Shown here one piece after another: positions 7,927-16,700 of a stretch of 64,000 nt of DNA. Below the pieces are notes generated by a model. That model worked only from the letters and a program-made list of their open reading frames with translations, had not been told where the DNA came from and did not search any database. The stretch is from IMG/VR virus record IMGVR_UViG_3300022074_000022. The stretch is one strand, 5' to 3'. Both the position numbers and the translations under genes were made by a program. The DNA is from an uncultured virus (IMG/VR IMGVR_UViG_3300022074_000022) (lineage: Duplodnaviria > Heunggongvirae > Uroviricota > Caudoviricetes). Each line of letters opens with the position of its first letter. Position 1 is the first letter of the stretch.

Positions 7927-8803
7927 AATCCAAGACTTTATGTCGAGGGCACTGCGGGGGGACACTGATGTTCCCCCGTCAGTTCTTGAAGAGTTTGCCG
8001 AAGACTGTAGGGCGTCCACTGCTTCTCAGCTTACACGAGAGAAGCGGAAGTGGCGTCCGCGCATGTCCGGACTCGGACGTCCTATCTGTCAGCAGATACT
8101 AGACAGAGATGGCGTAGAGGAGTCTATGTCATACAACACTCTTTTCCGCTTTCTGTTTGGTGACATTACAGAAAGTATAATCATGCTGATCATGAAAGAG
8201 GCGGGTGTCGAAGTCGTAGACTACCAGAAGGAAGTCGAGCTTGATCTGGGCGGTGTGCGGGTAAGGGGTACGCTTGACGTCATCCTTCGCGACGAGACCG
8301 GACAGGAAAAGGTGTGGGACATTAAGTCTGCAAGCGACTACGCCTTCAAACAGAAGTTCACTGGTTTTGAGGGGTACGAGGGGATCAAAAAGGATGATCC
8401 GTTCGGGTATGTCATGCAGGGCTTTTTGTACTCTGAGGCGTGTGGTCTACCTTTTGGCGGCTGGATTGTGGTCAACAAGTCGAGCGGTGAAGTCGCTGTC
8501 GTTGAGGTTCCAGACTGGTCACAAGACGACAAGGAAGAGTATCTCAAGGAAGCCAAGCGTCGTGTCAAAATGTTGACAGACCCTGCTGCCAAACCTATGA
8601 AGCCTTATCCTGACACGTTTGAAACGTACAAGCGTCAAGGTGAAGTCATTCGTACCGGTAATAAAGTTCTGGCAAAAGAGTGCAACTTGTGCGGGTATCG
8701 TCACCACTGTTGGCCAAACGCAGAGCTTTATCCGAAAGTTACGTCTGCAGCAAAGAATCCGCCGAAGGTGTGGTACACACGTCTAAAGAAGAAGGAACTG
8801 TAA
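7910..8803 (+). CDS. PD-(D/E)XK Cas4/RecB-like exonuclease
   Basis: GTLDV...WDIKSAS, QGFLY, Cys cluster (C...CNLCGYRHHCW). Confidence 0.85.
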   Translation: MLTLLKIQDFMSRALRGDTDVPPSVLEEFAEDCRASTASQLTREKRKWRPRMSGLGRPICQQILDRDGVEESMSYNTLFRFLFGDITESIIMLIMKEAGVEVVDYQKEVELDLGGVRVRGTLDVILRDETGQEKVWDIKSASDYAFKQKFTGFEGYEGIKKDDPFGYVMQGFLYSEACGLPFGGWIVVNKSSGEVAVVEVPDWSQDDKEEYLKEAKRRVKMLTDPAAKPMKPYPDTFETYKRQGEVIRTGNKVLAKECNLCGYRHHCWPNAELYPKVTSAAKNPPKVWYTRLKKKEL

Positions 8804-8807
8804 GCCA

Positions 8808-9188
8808 GTGCCTTACATATTTGTCAGAGACTACTCTCAAGAATTGTTTGAACTCAATGACAGCATGTTTCATCTGATCATTGAATCTCACAAGAAGATA
8901 GGCGGGGAGAGAAAACTAAAGCGCATCAGACAAAGTGATCGCGCTCTTCCGCTTACTTTGCGTGAAGACTTCTCTGAGTTAGGCCATTTGTCTGTGGGCA
9001 CAGAAGCACGAGACATGCGACTCATAGAACAAGAAATTAGTGGAATAAGTAGTGTGTCACAGTCTGGAGCTAATGTATGCGTCCCATTGAGTCCTTTGAC
9101 AAACGAGTTGGACATCCTCGCAAGACTATCCCCGAAGGTCGCGGGGTACGTTCTCAGAAGACTCGGATCAGTAGGAATGGCTCTATGA
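8808..9188 (+). CDS. Conserved hypothetical protein
   Basis: Homolog at 59489-59869. Confidence 0.75.
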   Translation: MPYIFVRDYSQELFELNDSMFHLIIESHKKIGGERKLKRIRQSDRALPLTLREDFSELGHLSVGTEARDMRLIEQEISGISSVSQSGANVCVPLSPLTNELDILARLSPKVAGYVLRRLGSVGMAL

Positions 9189-9565
9189 AAGCTTCTTCGG
9201 CCCGTAAAGCGGGCTTTCGTTCTAATATAGAACTGTCTGTAGCGAGAGCGTTAAAGTCTCTCGGCGTTACATACGAATATGAAAAGCAGAAGCTGACGTA
9301 TATACCGAAGCCTCGCACATATACTCCGGACTTCTTTTTGCCGGATCAGGGAATCTATGTCGAGGTAAAGGGGTACTTTGACAAAGGTGACCGTGTAAAG
9401 ATGCAGTTAATAAAAGAGCAGTTTCCGGATCACGATATACGGATTGTGTTCCAGAATGCTCGGAATAAGATATACAAAGGCAGTAAGACCACCTATGCTG
9501 CTTGGGCTGAACGTCATGGATTCCAGTGGGCGGAAGGCTCTGTGCCAGAGGAGTGGCTGAAATGA
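9185..9565 (+). CDS. T7 endonuclease I-like Holliday junction resolvase
   Basis: FRSNIE, YTPDF, EVKGYF, DIRIVFQ, YAAWAERHGF. Confidence 0.9.
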   Translation: MKASSARKAGFRSNIELSVARALKSLGVTYEYEKQKLTYIPKPRTYTPDFFLPDQGIYVEVKGYFDKGDRVKMQLIKEQFPDHDIRIVFQNARNKIYKGSKTTYAAWAERHGFQWAEGSVPEEWLK

Positions 9566-9924
9566 CATTAGATGAAGAGCGACAGATCGAACAGGCCTCA
9601 CTGCTTCCGGGCAGATACTACATCGTTATGAGGGCTGACGAAGAAGATAACTTTTACATCACGGCGTATGATACGACGGATGAAAAGGAAGAAACTAGGG
9701 AGTATCTGGAGACAGGCGAGGTCATACTCAATGGCCTGATGGAGCTTGTGGAGAGTGACTTTGAGAGGGTGGGAGAGGCAGGCTTGGCTCGTATCTCGTT
9801 CCACACCACAAAAGAATCCATCCTTGAATCTATGCCCGATCCAGAAGACGATAAAGAAAGAGCCTCTATCGAAGAGCTTCCAAACTCTAATATTGTCAAG
9901 GTAACTTTTGGGAGAAAACAGTGA
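9562..9924 (+). CDS. Conserved acidic hypothetical protein
   Basis: Homolog at 60248-60571; ends NIVKVTFGRKQ. Confidence 0.75.
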   Translation: MTLDEERQIEQASLLPGRYYIVMRADEEDNFYITAYDTTDEKEETREYLETGEVILNGLMELVESDFERVGEAGLARISFHTTKESILESMPDPEDDKERASIEELPNSNIVKVTFGRKQ

Positions 9925-10256
9925 TCAAGGAAAACTGGAACTTGAATAACTATCAGATGCAAGCTCGTAAGTTTGCCATCTATCCAGAGCGTATGAAGGT
10001 CGTCTATCCTACTCTAGGTTTGACAGGAGAGGCCGGTGAAGTTGCCGACAAGGTAAAGAAGATTTACCGCGACAACAAGGATGATGCTCTCTTTCGAGGA
10101 GAGATCGCCAAAGAGATTGGGGATGTGTTGTGGTACTGCGCGGTTCTTGCAGAGGATTTGGGGTTTTCACTTCAACAGGTCGCTGAGATGAACATTTACA
10201 AGTTGAAGTGTCGTATGAACAAAGGTACAATCATCGGTCACGGAGATGATCGATGA
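9921..10256 (+). CDS. mazG: MazG-like nucleotide pyrophosphohydrolase
   Basis: GLTGEAGEVADKVKK...KEIGDVLWY. Confidence 0.9.
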   Translation: MIKENWNLNNYQMQARKFAIYPERMKVVYPTLGLTGEAGEVADKVKKIYRDNKDDALFRGEIAKEIGDVLWYCAVLAEDLGFSLQQVAEMNIYKLKCRMNKGTIIGHGDDR

Positions 10257-10558
10257 GACACGAGGAGTACATGAAGAAGATGGCAGAGAACGAAACCATG
10301 GCAAGCCTTCAGAGCATGGCCAATATCGCGTGGGCCAACGGGGAAGCAGACATGGTGCACTCACCGCCGCACTACAATCAGGCAGGGATTGAGTGCATAG
10401 ATGCTATCCGCGCTGCTACAGATGACGGATATGAATACTACCTGCAGGGAAACATAATTAAGTATTTGTGGCGCTACCGATACAAGAATGGTGTCGAAGA
10501 TTTGGAGAAAGCGCAGTGGTACTTGGAGAAGCTTATTGAGGAGAAAAACAGTGAATAA
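10253..10558 (+). CDS. DUF3310 / T7 gp1.7-like nucleotide kinase
   Basis: VHSPPHY...IECIDAI...GNIIKYLWRY.YKNG.EDL.KA.WYL. Confidence 0.85.
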   Translation: MRHEEYMKKMAENETMASLQSMANIAWANGEADMVHSPPHYNQAGIECIDAIRAATDDGYEYYLQGNIIKYLWRYRYKNGVEDLEKAQWYLEKLIEEKNSE

Positions 10559-12479
10559 TATGCTACCCACCCCCTATCAACAATTTATCCATAAGTCCCG
10601 ATATGCGCGGTGGCTTGACAACGAACAGCGTCGTGAGAATTGGGACGAAACAGTGTCTCGTTACACGAGCTTCATGCGTAATCAGCTTCGTGGAAAGCAT
10701 CAGTATGAGCTTTCTGACACTGATCTGTTTGACATCGAACAGGCCATTCTGGGTCAAGAGATCATGCCTTCGATGCGAGCCATGATGACTTCTGGTCCTG
10801 CGCTGGCTCGGGACAATATCTGCGGCTACAACTGTAGCTACATCCCTGTAGATCACCCCCGCTCCTTTGACGAGTGCATGTATATTTTAATGTGCGGCAC
10901 TGGTGTAGGCTTCTCCGTTGAGCGTGAGAACGTGGACAAGCTTCCTGTAATCAGTGACGCGATGCACGACACAGACACTGTAATTAAGGTCGGGGACTCC
11001 AAGCCCGGATGGGCTAAGTCTCTTCGTGAGCTTATCGCACTGCTTTATGCTGGACAGATTCCTATGTGGGACTTGTCAGATGTTCGTGCGTCGGGTGAAC
11101 GCCTCAAGACCATGGGTGGCCGTGCCTCTGGGCCGGGACCTCTCAACGATCTGTTTATGTTCACTGTAGAGATGTTCAAAAAGGCTGCGGGCCGTCGTCT
11201 GTTCCCTATTGAGTGCCACGATCTCATGTGCAAGATTGGCGAAATCGTTGTGGTTGGCGGTGTACGTCGTTCTGCCCTGATCTCTCTGTCTAACTTGAAT
11301 GACGATCAAATGTCACACGCTAAGTCTGGTGCGTGGTGGGAGAACGAGGGGCAACGCGCCCTTGCCAACAACTCAGTGGCCTACAAAGGTAAGCCTGAGA
11401 TGGGTACGTTTATGCGTGAGTGGCTGTCCCTGTACGACTCCAAGTCAGGCGAGCGTGGCATCTTTAATCGTGAGGCTGCTGATGTGCAAGTGGCCCGCAA
11501 CGGTCGTCGTGAGGTAGGTCACATGTGGGGTACAAATCCCTGCTCCGAGATCATCCTACGTCCATATCAGTTCTGTAACTTGTCAGAAGTTGTGGTGCGA
11601 GAAACAGACAGCTTGGATGATCTCAAGCGTAAGGTCCGCCTCGCTACCATTCTTGGTACGATGCAATCCACGCTCACTGATTTCAAATATTTGAGGAAGG
11701 TATGGAAGACAAACACAGAGGAAGAGCGTTTGTTGGGCGTTTCATTGACTGGTATCATGGATCATCCCGTGCTTTCAAAGAACGTGGACTCTCCGCGCTG
11801 GTTGGAAGAAATGCGTCAAGTCGCCGTCGATACAAACAAAGAGTACGCAGACAAGATTGGTATTCCTCAGTCGGCTGCTATCACCTGTGTAAAGCCGTCG
11901 GGTACTGTATCGCAACTGGTGGACGCTGCAAGCGGCATTCACGCTAGGCACAACGACCACTACATTCGTACAGTGCGCGGAGACAACAAAGACCCGCTGA
12001 CACAATTCCTCAAAGAACAGGGTGTGTACAGTGAGCCGTGTGTAATGAAGCCGGACTCGACTACTGTCTTTTCGTTTGCGATGAAGTCGCCTGATGGGGC
12101 AGTCACTCGTGACGCTATGTCTGCTGTCGAACAGCTTGAACTGTGGAAGACTTACGCTCTGCACTGGTGTGAACACAAGCCGTCAGTGACCATCACAGTA
12201 AAAGAAAACGAGTGGATGGAAGTCGGTGCGTGGGTCTACGAAAACTTTGACGTAGCATCTGGTGTCTCGTTCCTTCCACATTCTGATCACACATATCAGC
12301 AGGCTCCGTATCAGGACATCGAAGCTGATGAGTATCTTGAGTGGCAGCTTGAGCGAGGCAGTCTTCAGATCGATTGGGCTGCACTGTCAGAGTATGAGCG
12401 TGAAGATAATACGTCCGGCTCTCGTGAGCTTGCGTGTACGGCTGGCGTGTGTGAAGTGGTAGACCTCAATGCGGCTTGA
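10551..12479 (+). CDS. nrdJ: Class II (adenosylcobalamin-dependent) ribonucleotide reductase
   Basis: YNCSY, GGVRRSA, TNPCSEI, CVKPSGT, C-terminal CTAGVCE; no beta subunit gene. Confidence 0.92.
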   Translation: MNNMLPTPYQQFIHKSRYARWLDNEQRRENWDETVSRYTSFMRNQLRGKHQYELSDTDLFDIEQAILGQEIMPSMRAMMTSGPALARDNICGYNCSYIPVDHPRSFDECMYILMCGTGVGFSVERENVDKLPVISDAMHDTDTVIKVGDSKPGWAKSLRELIALLYAGQIPMWDLSDVRASGERLKTMGGRASGPGPLNDLFMFTVEMFKKAAGRRLFPIECHDLMCKIGEIVVVGGVRRSALISLSNLNDDQMSHAKSGAWWENEGQRALANNSVAYKGKPEMGTFMREWLSLYDSKSGERGIFNREAADVQVARNGRREVGHMWGTNPCSEIILRPYQFCNLSEVVVRETDSLDDLKRKVRLATILGTMQSTLTDFKYLRKVWKTNTEEERLLGVSLTGIMDHPVLSKNVDSPRWLEEMRQVAVDTNKEYADKIGIPQSAAITCVKPSGTVSQLVDAASGIHARHNDHYIRTVRGDNKDPLTQFLKEQGVYSEPCVMKPDSTTVFSFAMKSPDGAVTRDAMSAVEQLELWKTYALHWCEHKPSVTITVKENEWMEVGAWVYENFDVASGVSFLPHSDHTYQQAPYQDIEADEYLEWQLERGSLQIDWAALSEYEREDNTSGSRELACTAGVCEVVDLNAA

Positions 12480-12675
12480 CGTAGCTGACTATATTGAACT
12501 CAAGAACGGCGGCGCTGTCGTCGTCCTTGAGATGGATGAAGAGACTAGAGAAGCCTTGATCTCTGAGGCGTTACAGCGTAGGATCATAGAAGGCTTGGAA
12601 AGGATGCCAGATGTCCCAGAAAAAAACGGACAACTCGACATCGAAGAATACATTGCCCGTGTGGAAGAAGGGTAA
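12469..12675 (+). CDS. Hypothetical protein (unit A only)
   Basis: 68-aa ORF overlapping the RNR stop. Confidence 0.55.
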   Translation: MRLDVADYIELKNGGAVVVLEMDEETREALISEALQRRIIEGLERMPDVPEKNGQLDIEEYIARVEEG

Positions 12676-12760
12676 CGGTTGGATACAACACAATCCACCA
12701 CGAAATCACCCAGCCTATGAAGACTGGGTAAAATTGAGGGAGAAACTCAAGAATGATTGA
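12611..12760 (+). CDS. 49-aa conserved protein (not in ORF track)
   Basis: PVWKKGNGWIQHNPPRNHPAYEDW matches PVWKRGKDWIQFSPPRNHPTHEEW at 63252-63410. Confidence 0.75.
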   Translation: MSQKKTDNSTSKNTLPVWKKGNGWIQHNPPRNHPAYEDWVKLREKLKND

Positions 12761-13268
12761 AGTAGAAATCACAGATGAGATGGTTGTCAACGCAAGAAAA
12801 AAGGCCCGTGAGATGGGCCTGTTGAAAAACTCCATCCGCAGAGGCACAGGCTCTGTGGCTGGCTTCATCGGTGAACAGATAGCGGTTCAGGTTCTGGGTG
12901 GTGAGTGGAACAACACTTACGAGTACGACATGGTTCTTCCAGACGGTACAACTATCGATGTGAAAACAAAAGAGCGTAGCGTGGCACCAAAGCCCCACTA
13001 CGCCTGTTCAGTGGCTAAGTTCAACACTCGTCAAAAGTGCGATATGTACGGCTTTGTCAGTATCCTCAAAGACCATTCAAAAGGGTGGTTCTTGGGGACT
13101 ATCCCAAAGCAGGAGTTCTTTGATTTGGCTGAATCCGTAGAAAAGGGTCAGCACGATCCAGACAACGGATATGATGCCCGTGCTTCCTGCTATAACATCA
13201 GTATAGAGGAGTTACAGAATGTTCAAAGCTATGGTAATGATATGCTTTCTGAACGCGCCTCCGGGTAG
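12753..13268 (+). CDS. Conserved phage protein, possible restriction-endonuclease fold
   Basis: GFIGE...YD...IDVKTK (PD-DxK-like); homolog at 63367-63852. Confidence 0.65.
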   Translation: MIEVEITDEMVVNARKKAREMGLLKNSIRRGTGSVAGFIGEQIAVQVLGGEWNNTYEYDMVLPDGTTIDVKTKERSVAPKPHYACSVAKFNTRQKCDMYGFVSILKDHSKGWFLGTIPKQEFFDLAESVEKGQHDPDNGYDARASCYNISIEELQNVQSYGNDMLSERASG

Positions 13269-13425
13269 TTGTCTCACGTTTGAGGACACTACAGGGCTAA
13301 AAGAAATTAGAGAACACTGCTATGTACGTATGTTGGAGATGGTGGATCAACTAAAAACTATACCCCACCTTATCCCGCCACCGTATAGCGTTGCGTACAA
13401 GTGTGAGGAAGTAGATAGTACATAA
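13219..13425 (+). CDS. Small Cys-containing protein (unit A only)
   Basis: Hydrophobic N-terminus, 4 Cys, coupled stop/start with next gene. Confidence 0.6.
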   Translation: MFKAMVMICFLNAPPGSCLTFEDTTGLKEIREHCYVRMLEMVDQLKTIPHLIPPPYSVAYKCEEVDST

Positions 13426-13637
13426 TGGCTAAAGCCACACTCTTTTCATTCAACATATATCTGCGGCAAGACGGTAACGTAGAGATGGACAAACAATCAG
13501 TTCGACCTGATGAGTTTCAAAAAGAAATGGACGCGGGAATGCCCGATTATGACGGTGCACACTCCATCGCGTCCCTTCTTAGATACGTCAATTCAGTAAC
13601 TGATGAGATGATCGATAAATCATCTAGCTACGTTTAG
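13425..13637 (+). CDS. Conserved hypothetical protein, last gene of replication operon
   Basis: Homolog at 63836-64000. Confidence 0.75.
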   Translation: MAKATLFSFNIYLRQDGNVEMDKQSVRPDEFQKEMDAGMPDYDGAHSIASLLRYVNSVTDEMIDKSSSYV

Positions 13638-13773
13638 ACATAGCCTTTTCGATTGCGATAGCTCTCTTCTTTTCATACTTGGAGAGCTTTCCATCTTTGT
13701 CTAGATCAGCTTTCTTTTTGTCTTTGATCTGTGGTTTACGGGTGTTACTCCCGTTCGCGTATACCTTACTCAT
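13624..13773 (-). CDS. Small basic protein with EF-hand-like loop
   Basis: DLDKDGKLSKYE fits the 12-residue EF loop pattern. Confidence 0.7.
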   Translation of the reverse strand: MSKVYANGSNTRKPQIKDKKKADLDKDGKLSKYEKKRAIAIEKAMSKRS

Positions 13774-13774
13774 T

Positions 13775-16700
13775 TTACCTATCTCCGAAAAGTAGTCCGA
13801 ATCCTTGATCGGTGGCATCAAACGCATTCGGAAGGAAGTTGTCTGTAAGACCGATATCCGAGTCTAGCTGCATCTCTTCCATAGCCGCCTGTACCTCGTC
13901 CTGTGCTATGACACGGTCCACTCTCCGCTCATTGCGGATCAGTTCACGCGATGTTATAGACATAACCAGTGTAGACAGTGTGCGGACATCGGCCTCTGAT
14001 ACCAGCTTGGGATCGTCAAGAAGCAGCAGCATAATCCTGTTGGCTTCTTTGTTTTCAGCCGCCAACTGGAACGCATTCACTTCCATATCCTGCAGCATAC
14101 GGAATGCGAACTCAGCACCAACATATGTTGGGCTGACCATTCCTCGTGCGATGTTGAACGCACGACTGATGATCTCGTTTGGACTGATGCCTCGGACGAT
14201 ACCTTGCGGAGTGAATCTCTCCAGCGAACGACCTTCAGCGTAAACCATCATCTCTGCCATATCCCGCAAGAAGTCGTAGTGATCTTCGTCTTCAAGGACA
14301 AGCTTGAGTGTCTTCTGGATGTTTTTGTCTTCCAGATCGGCAAGCAGTGTTGTGGGGTTCACAAACGTCTTGATGGTCCGCTCTGTACCGTCAAAGTATT
14401 TGTAAGTGCCCTCGGCCCGAGTGCCTGCCCGTGCAAGTATTCCGTTTGTGACCATGTATATTGTGCCACGCTTGAACGACTGCTGGGCTTCTTCTTCAGT
14501 CATGCTCTCGTTCTCACGCATGATACCACGAACGAACCGCTCCCTCATAGCTTCAAAGAGAGTGGCATCGTAGTTCACAACGTAGTTTTCATAGAACTTC
14601 GCCGGGTCCATCGTGTCTGCTGCTTTTTGAAGTGCGTTCACTGCTTTGCCTTCGATGTCGAGAGATTCACGGCCTTCATCAGCGAGTCTGCCGGTACTGC
14701 GATTAAGCTCCTGCATGAAGTCTTCATACGCTTTGCGAGCAGCCGCATCAGTTTCGACAAGCTTGACGATATCGTTCTCCGCTGAGATCATGTCGGCCAT
14801 GTCGAACCATGTAGTGATGGACTCGTTCCCGTCTTTGTCTATAACTTTGATGCGGATTTCGTCTTCCAGATCACGCATGTTTTGAACACGGTTGAAGTTG
14901 TAGTTTCCGGCAACCCCAGACTCGTCCAGTATGGGCTTTCCGAGAGGGTCTAGCTTTATTCTTTGAATGACCTCTTCATTGGTCTGATCACCCCACCGAC
15001 TCTCTATTCCGTTTCTCAGCATCTGGCCGATACGTTTGAAGGTAGCCTCATCGTTGAAGGGAAGCCGCATGTCAAAGACATAGATAGGCTCGTCCCCCTC
15101 AAACTCCACGTCATCCGCCCAATACCTGTTGAACCCATCCATCTCTGCAGAGAACTTTTGAAAATCATCACGATCTCCATAGGCTATAGCCCTGCTGGCC
15201 GATTGTCCAAGATTGTTGTGCCAAGTATCTGGTCTTTCATTGATACCGTATCTACGAGTGTATGTGGACGGCTTCTCAAGTTTAGGCTTAGATGTGGCTG
15301 TTGACACTACATCACCGTAGCTGCCTTCCGACTGGATCGGATCAAACTTTAGCTCTTTATATCGCTTTCTAGTTTCGTTCAGAACATCCTCTGCACCCGG
15401 AATAGCGGATATCTGTCCGTCGATGATTCTCATCAAAGCCAGATATGGCTCTGCCGCAGCGTCACCCTGACTTCTTGCGATACGCTGACCTTCATTACGA
15501 AGGTGCCGGTACATCTCGTCAGCATCAAACGCACCCGCTGCAAACGGATCGAACCGTTCTGCCGTCTCGGCCTGTGACTTATAGAATGCGATAGCTATCT
15601 CTGCGTATGACGCGTCTTCGCCTACAAAGATACCACCATCATCTATGCTTTTATTAGGTACGATTTTTCCATCAGCAGTCTGTACCTCACGAGTGGTAGC
15701 ACGTTGGATGAACTCATCAAAGTTCTCGCCAAAAGCCTTACGAAGATTAGTCTCTGCTATTCTTTCCATGGCCGCACGAGCGTATTTTCCGCTACGACCT
15801 CGGAAGAATGCAGAGTCAGGACCAAAGAACTGTTTAACGCCGCTCTGGCTCATTTCAGACAGACGATTAATCATGTCGTCCATCACGGGAGCCAAATCCA
15901 CTGTTTTGTCTTTGAGAAGCTCATCAGCAGTCTGGTAGACTTGCCGCCCGAGTATCTCAATCTTATCGTCGCGAAGCTCCACTAACTCTTCTGCAAGTCG
16001 TCCAATCTCACGATCATACGCAGGGCTACCTCTAAGGCGTTGTACCTCTTCTACGCGCTTGTCTAGCTGCTGTCCGAGCCTCTGTATGTTATCGACAACG
16101 ATAGCCCGCTGCGCTTCCACACTGTCCGTGGCACCCGGAGTGAGCTTGATCTCAAGATCAACAAGCTCTTTAAGAGTGCCCTTTGCGTCGGGATTACTAG
16201 GGTCCGTCATGACTTGACTTTTGTACATGTCAAGAAGTTCAAGATATTTACGCCTACGATCACCGATCTCGCGATTCAGACCATCTGCTGCTGCATTGAA
16301 GTTCTTGACGTAATCGGCCAGATATCCTGAATCTTTGATATCAACACCGGCCTTTTTACTGAGAAGTTCTTGCAGCTTGTCAACGCCAAGCTTGGCCATC
16401 ATAAGATTGTTTTCAGATCGAAGCTGGACATCCACAGCTTTAGAAAATCTTTTGAAAGTAAACTTTCCGACTTGAGCCTGTTCGATAGCCTGCAAAGGGG
16501 CGAGTCCGGACGCATACGCAAACGAAAGCGAGAAAGCTTCTACAGCGTCGTTGTAAGCTCCCGACTCCCGATCAGCCGCATTGTCAAACTGTTTTAGAAT
16601 TCGCGAGCGAGTTTTACCGTACTGATCTAGGCTCTTGTAGACAGCGTCAAGACCTTCTTCACTAAGATTCTCAAGGATGTTCGCAGCTTTTCCAAAAGCA

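Noticed and set aside
7910..8803. cas4 as part of a CRISPR system
   Set aside because: Stand-alone Cas4-like nuclease in a phage replication operon, with no array or other cas genes
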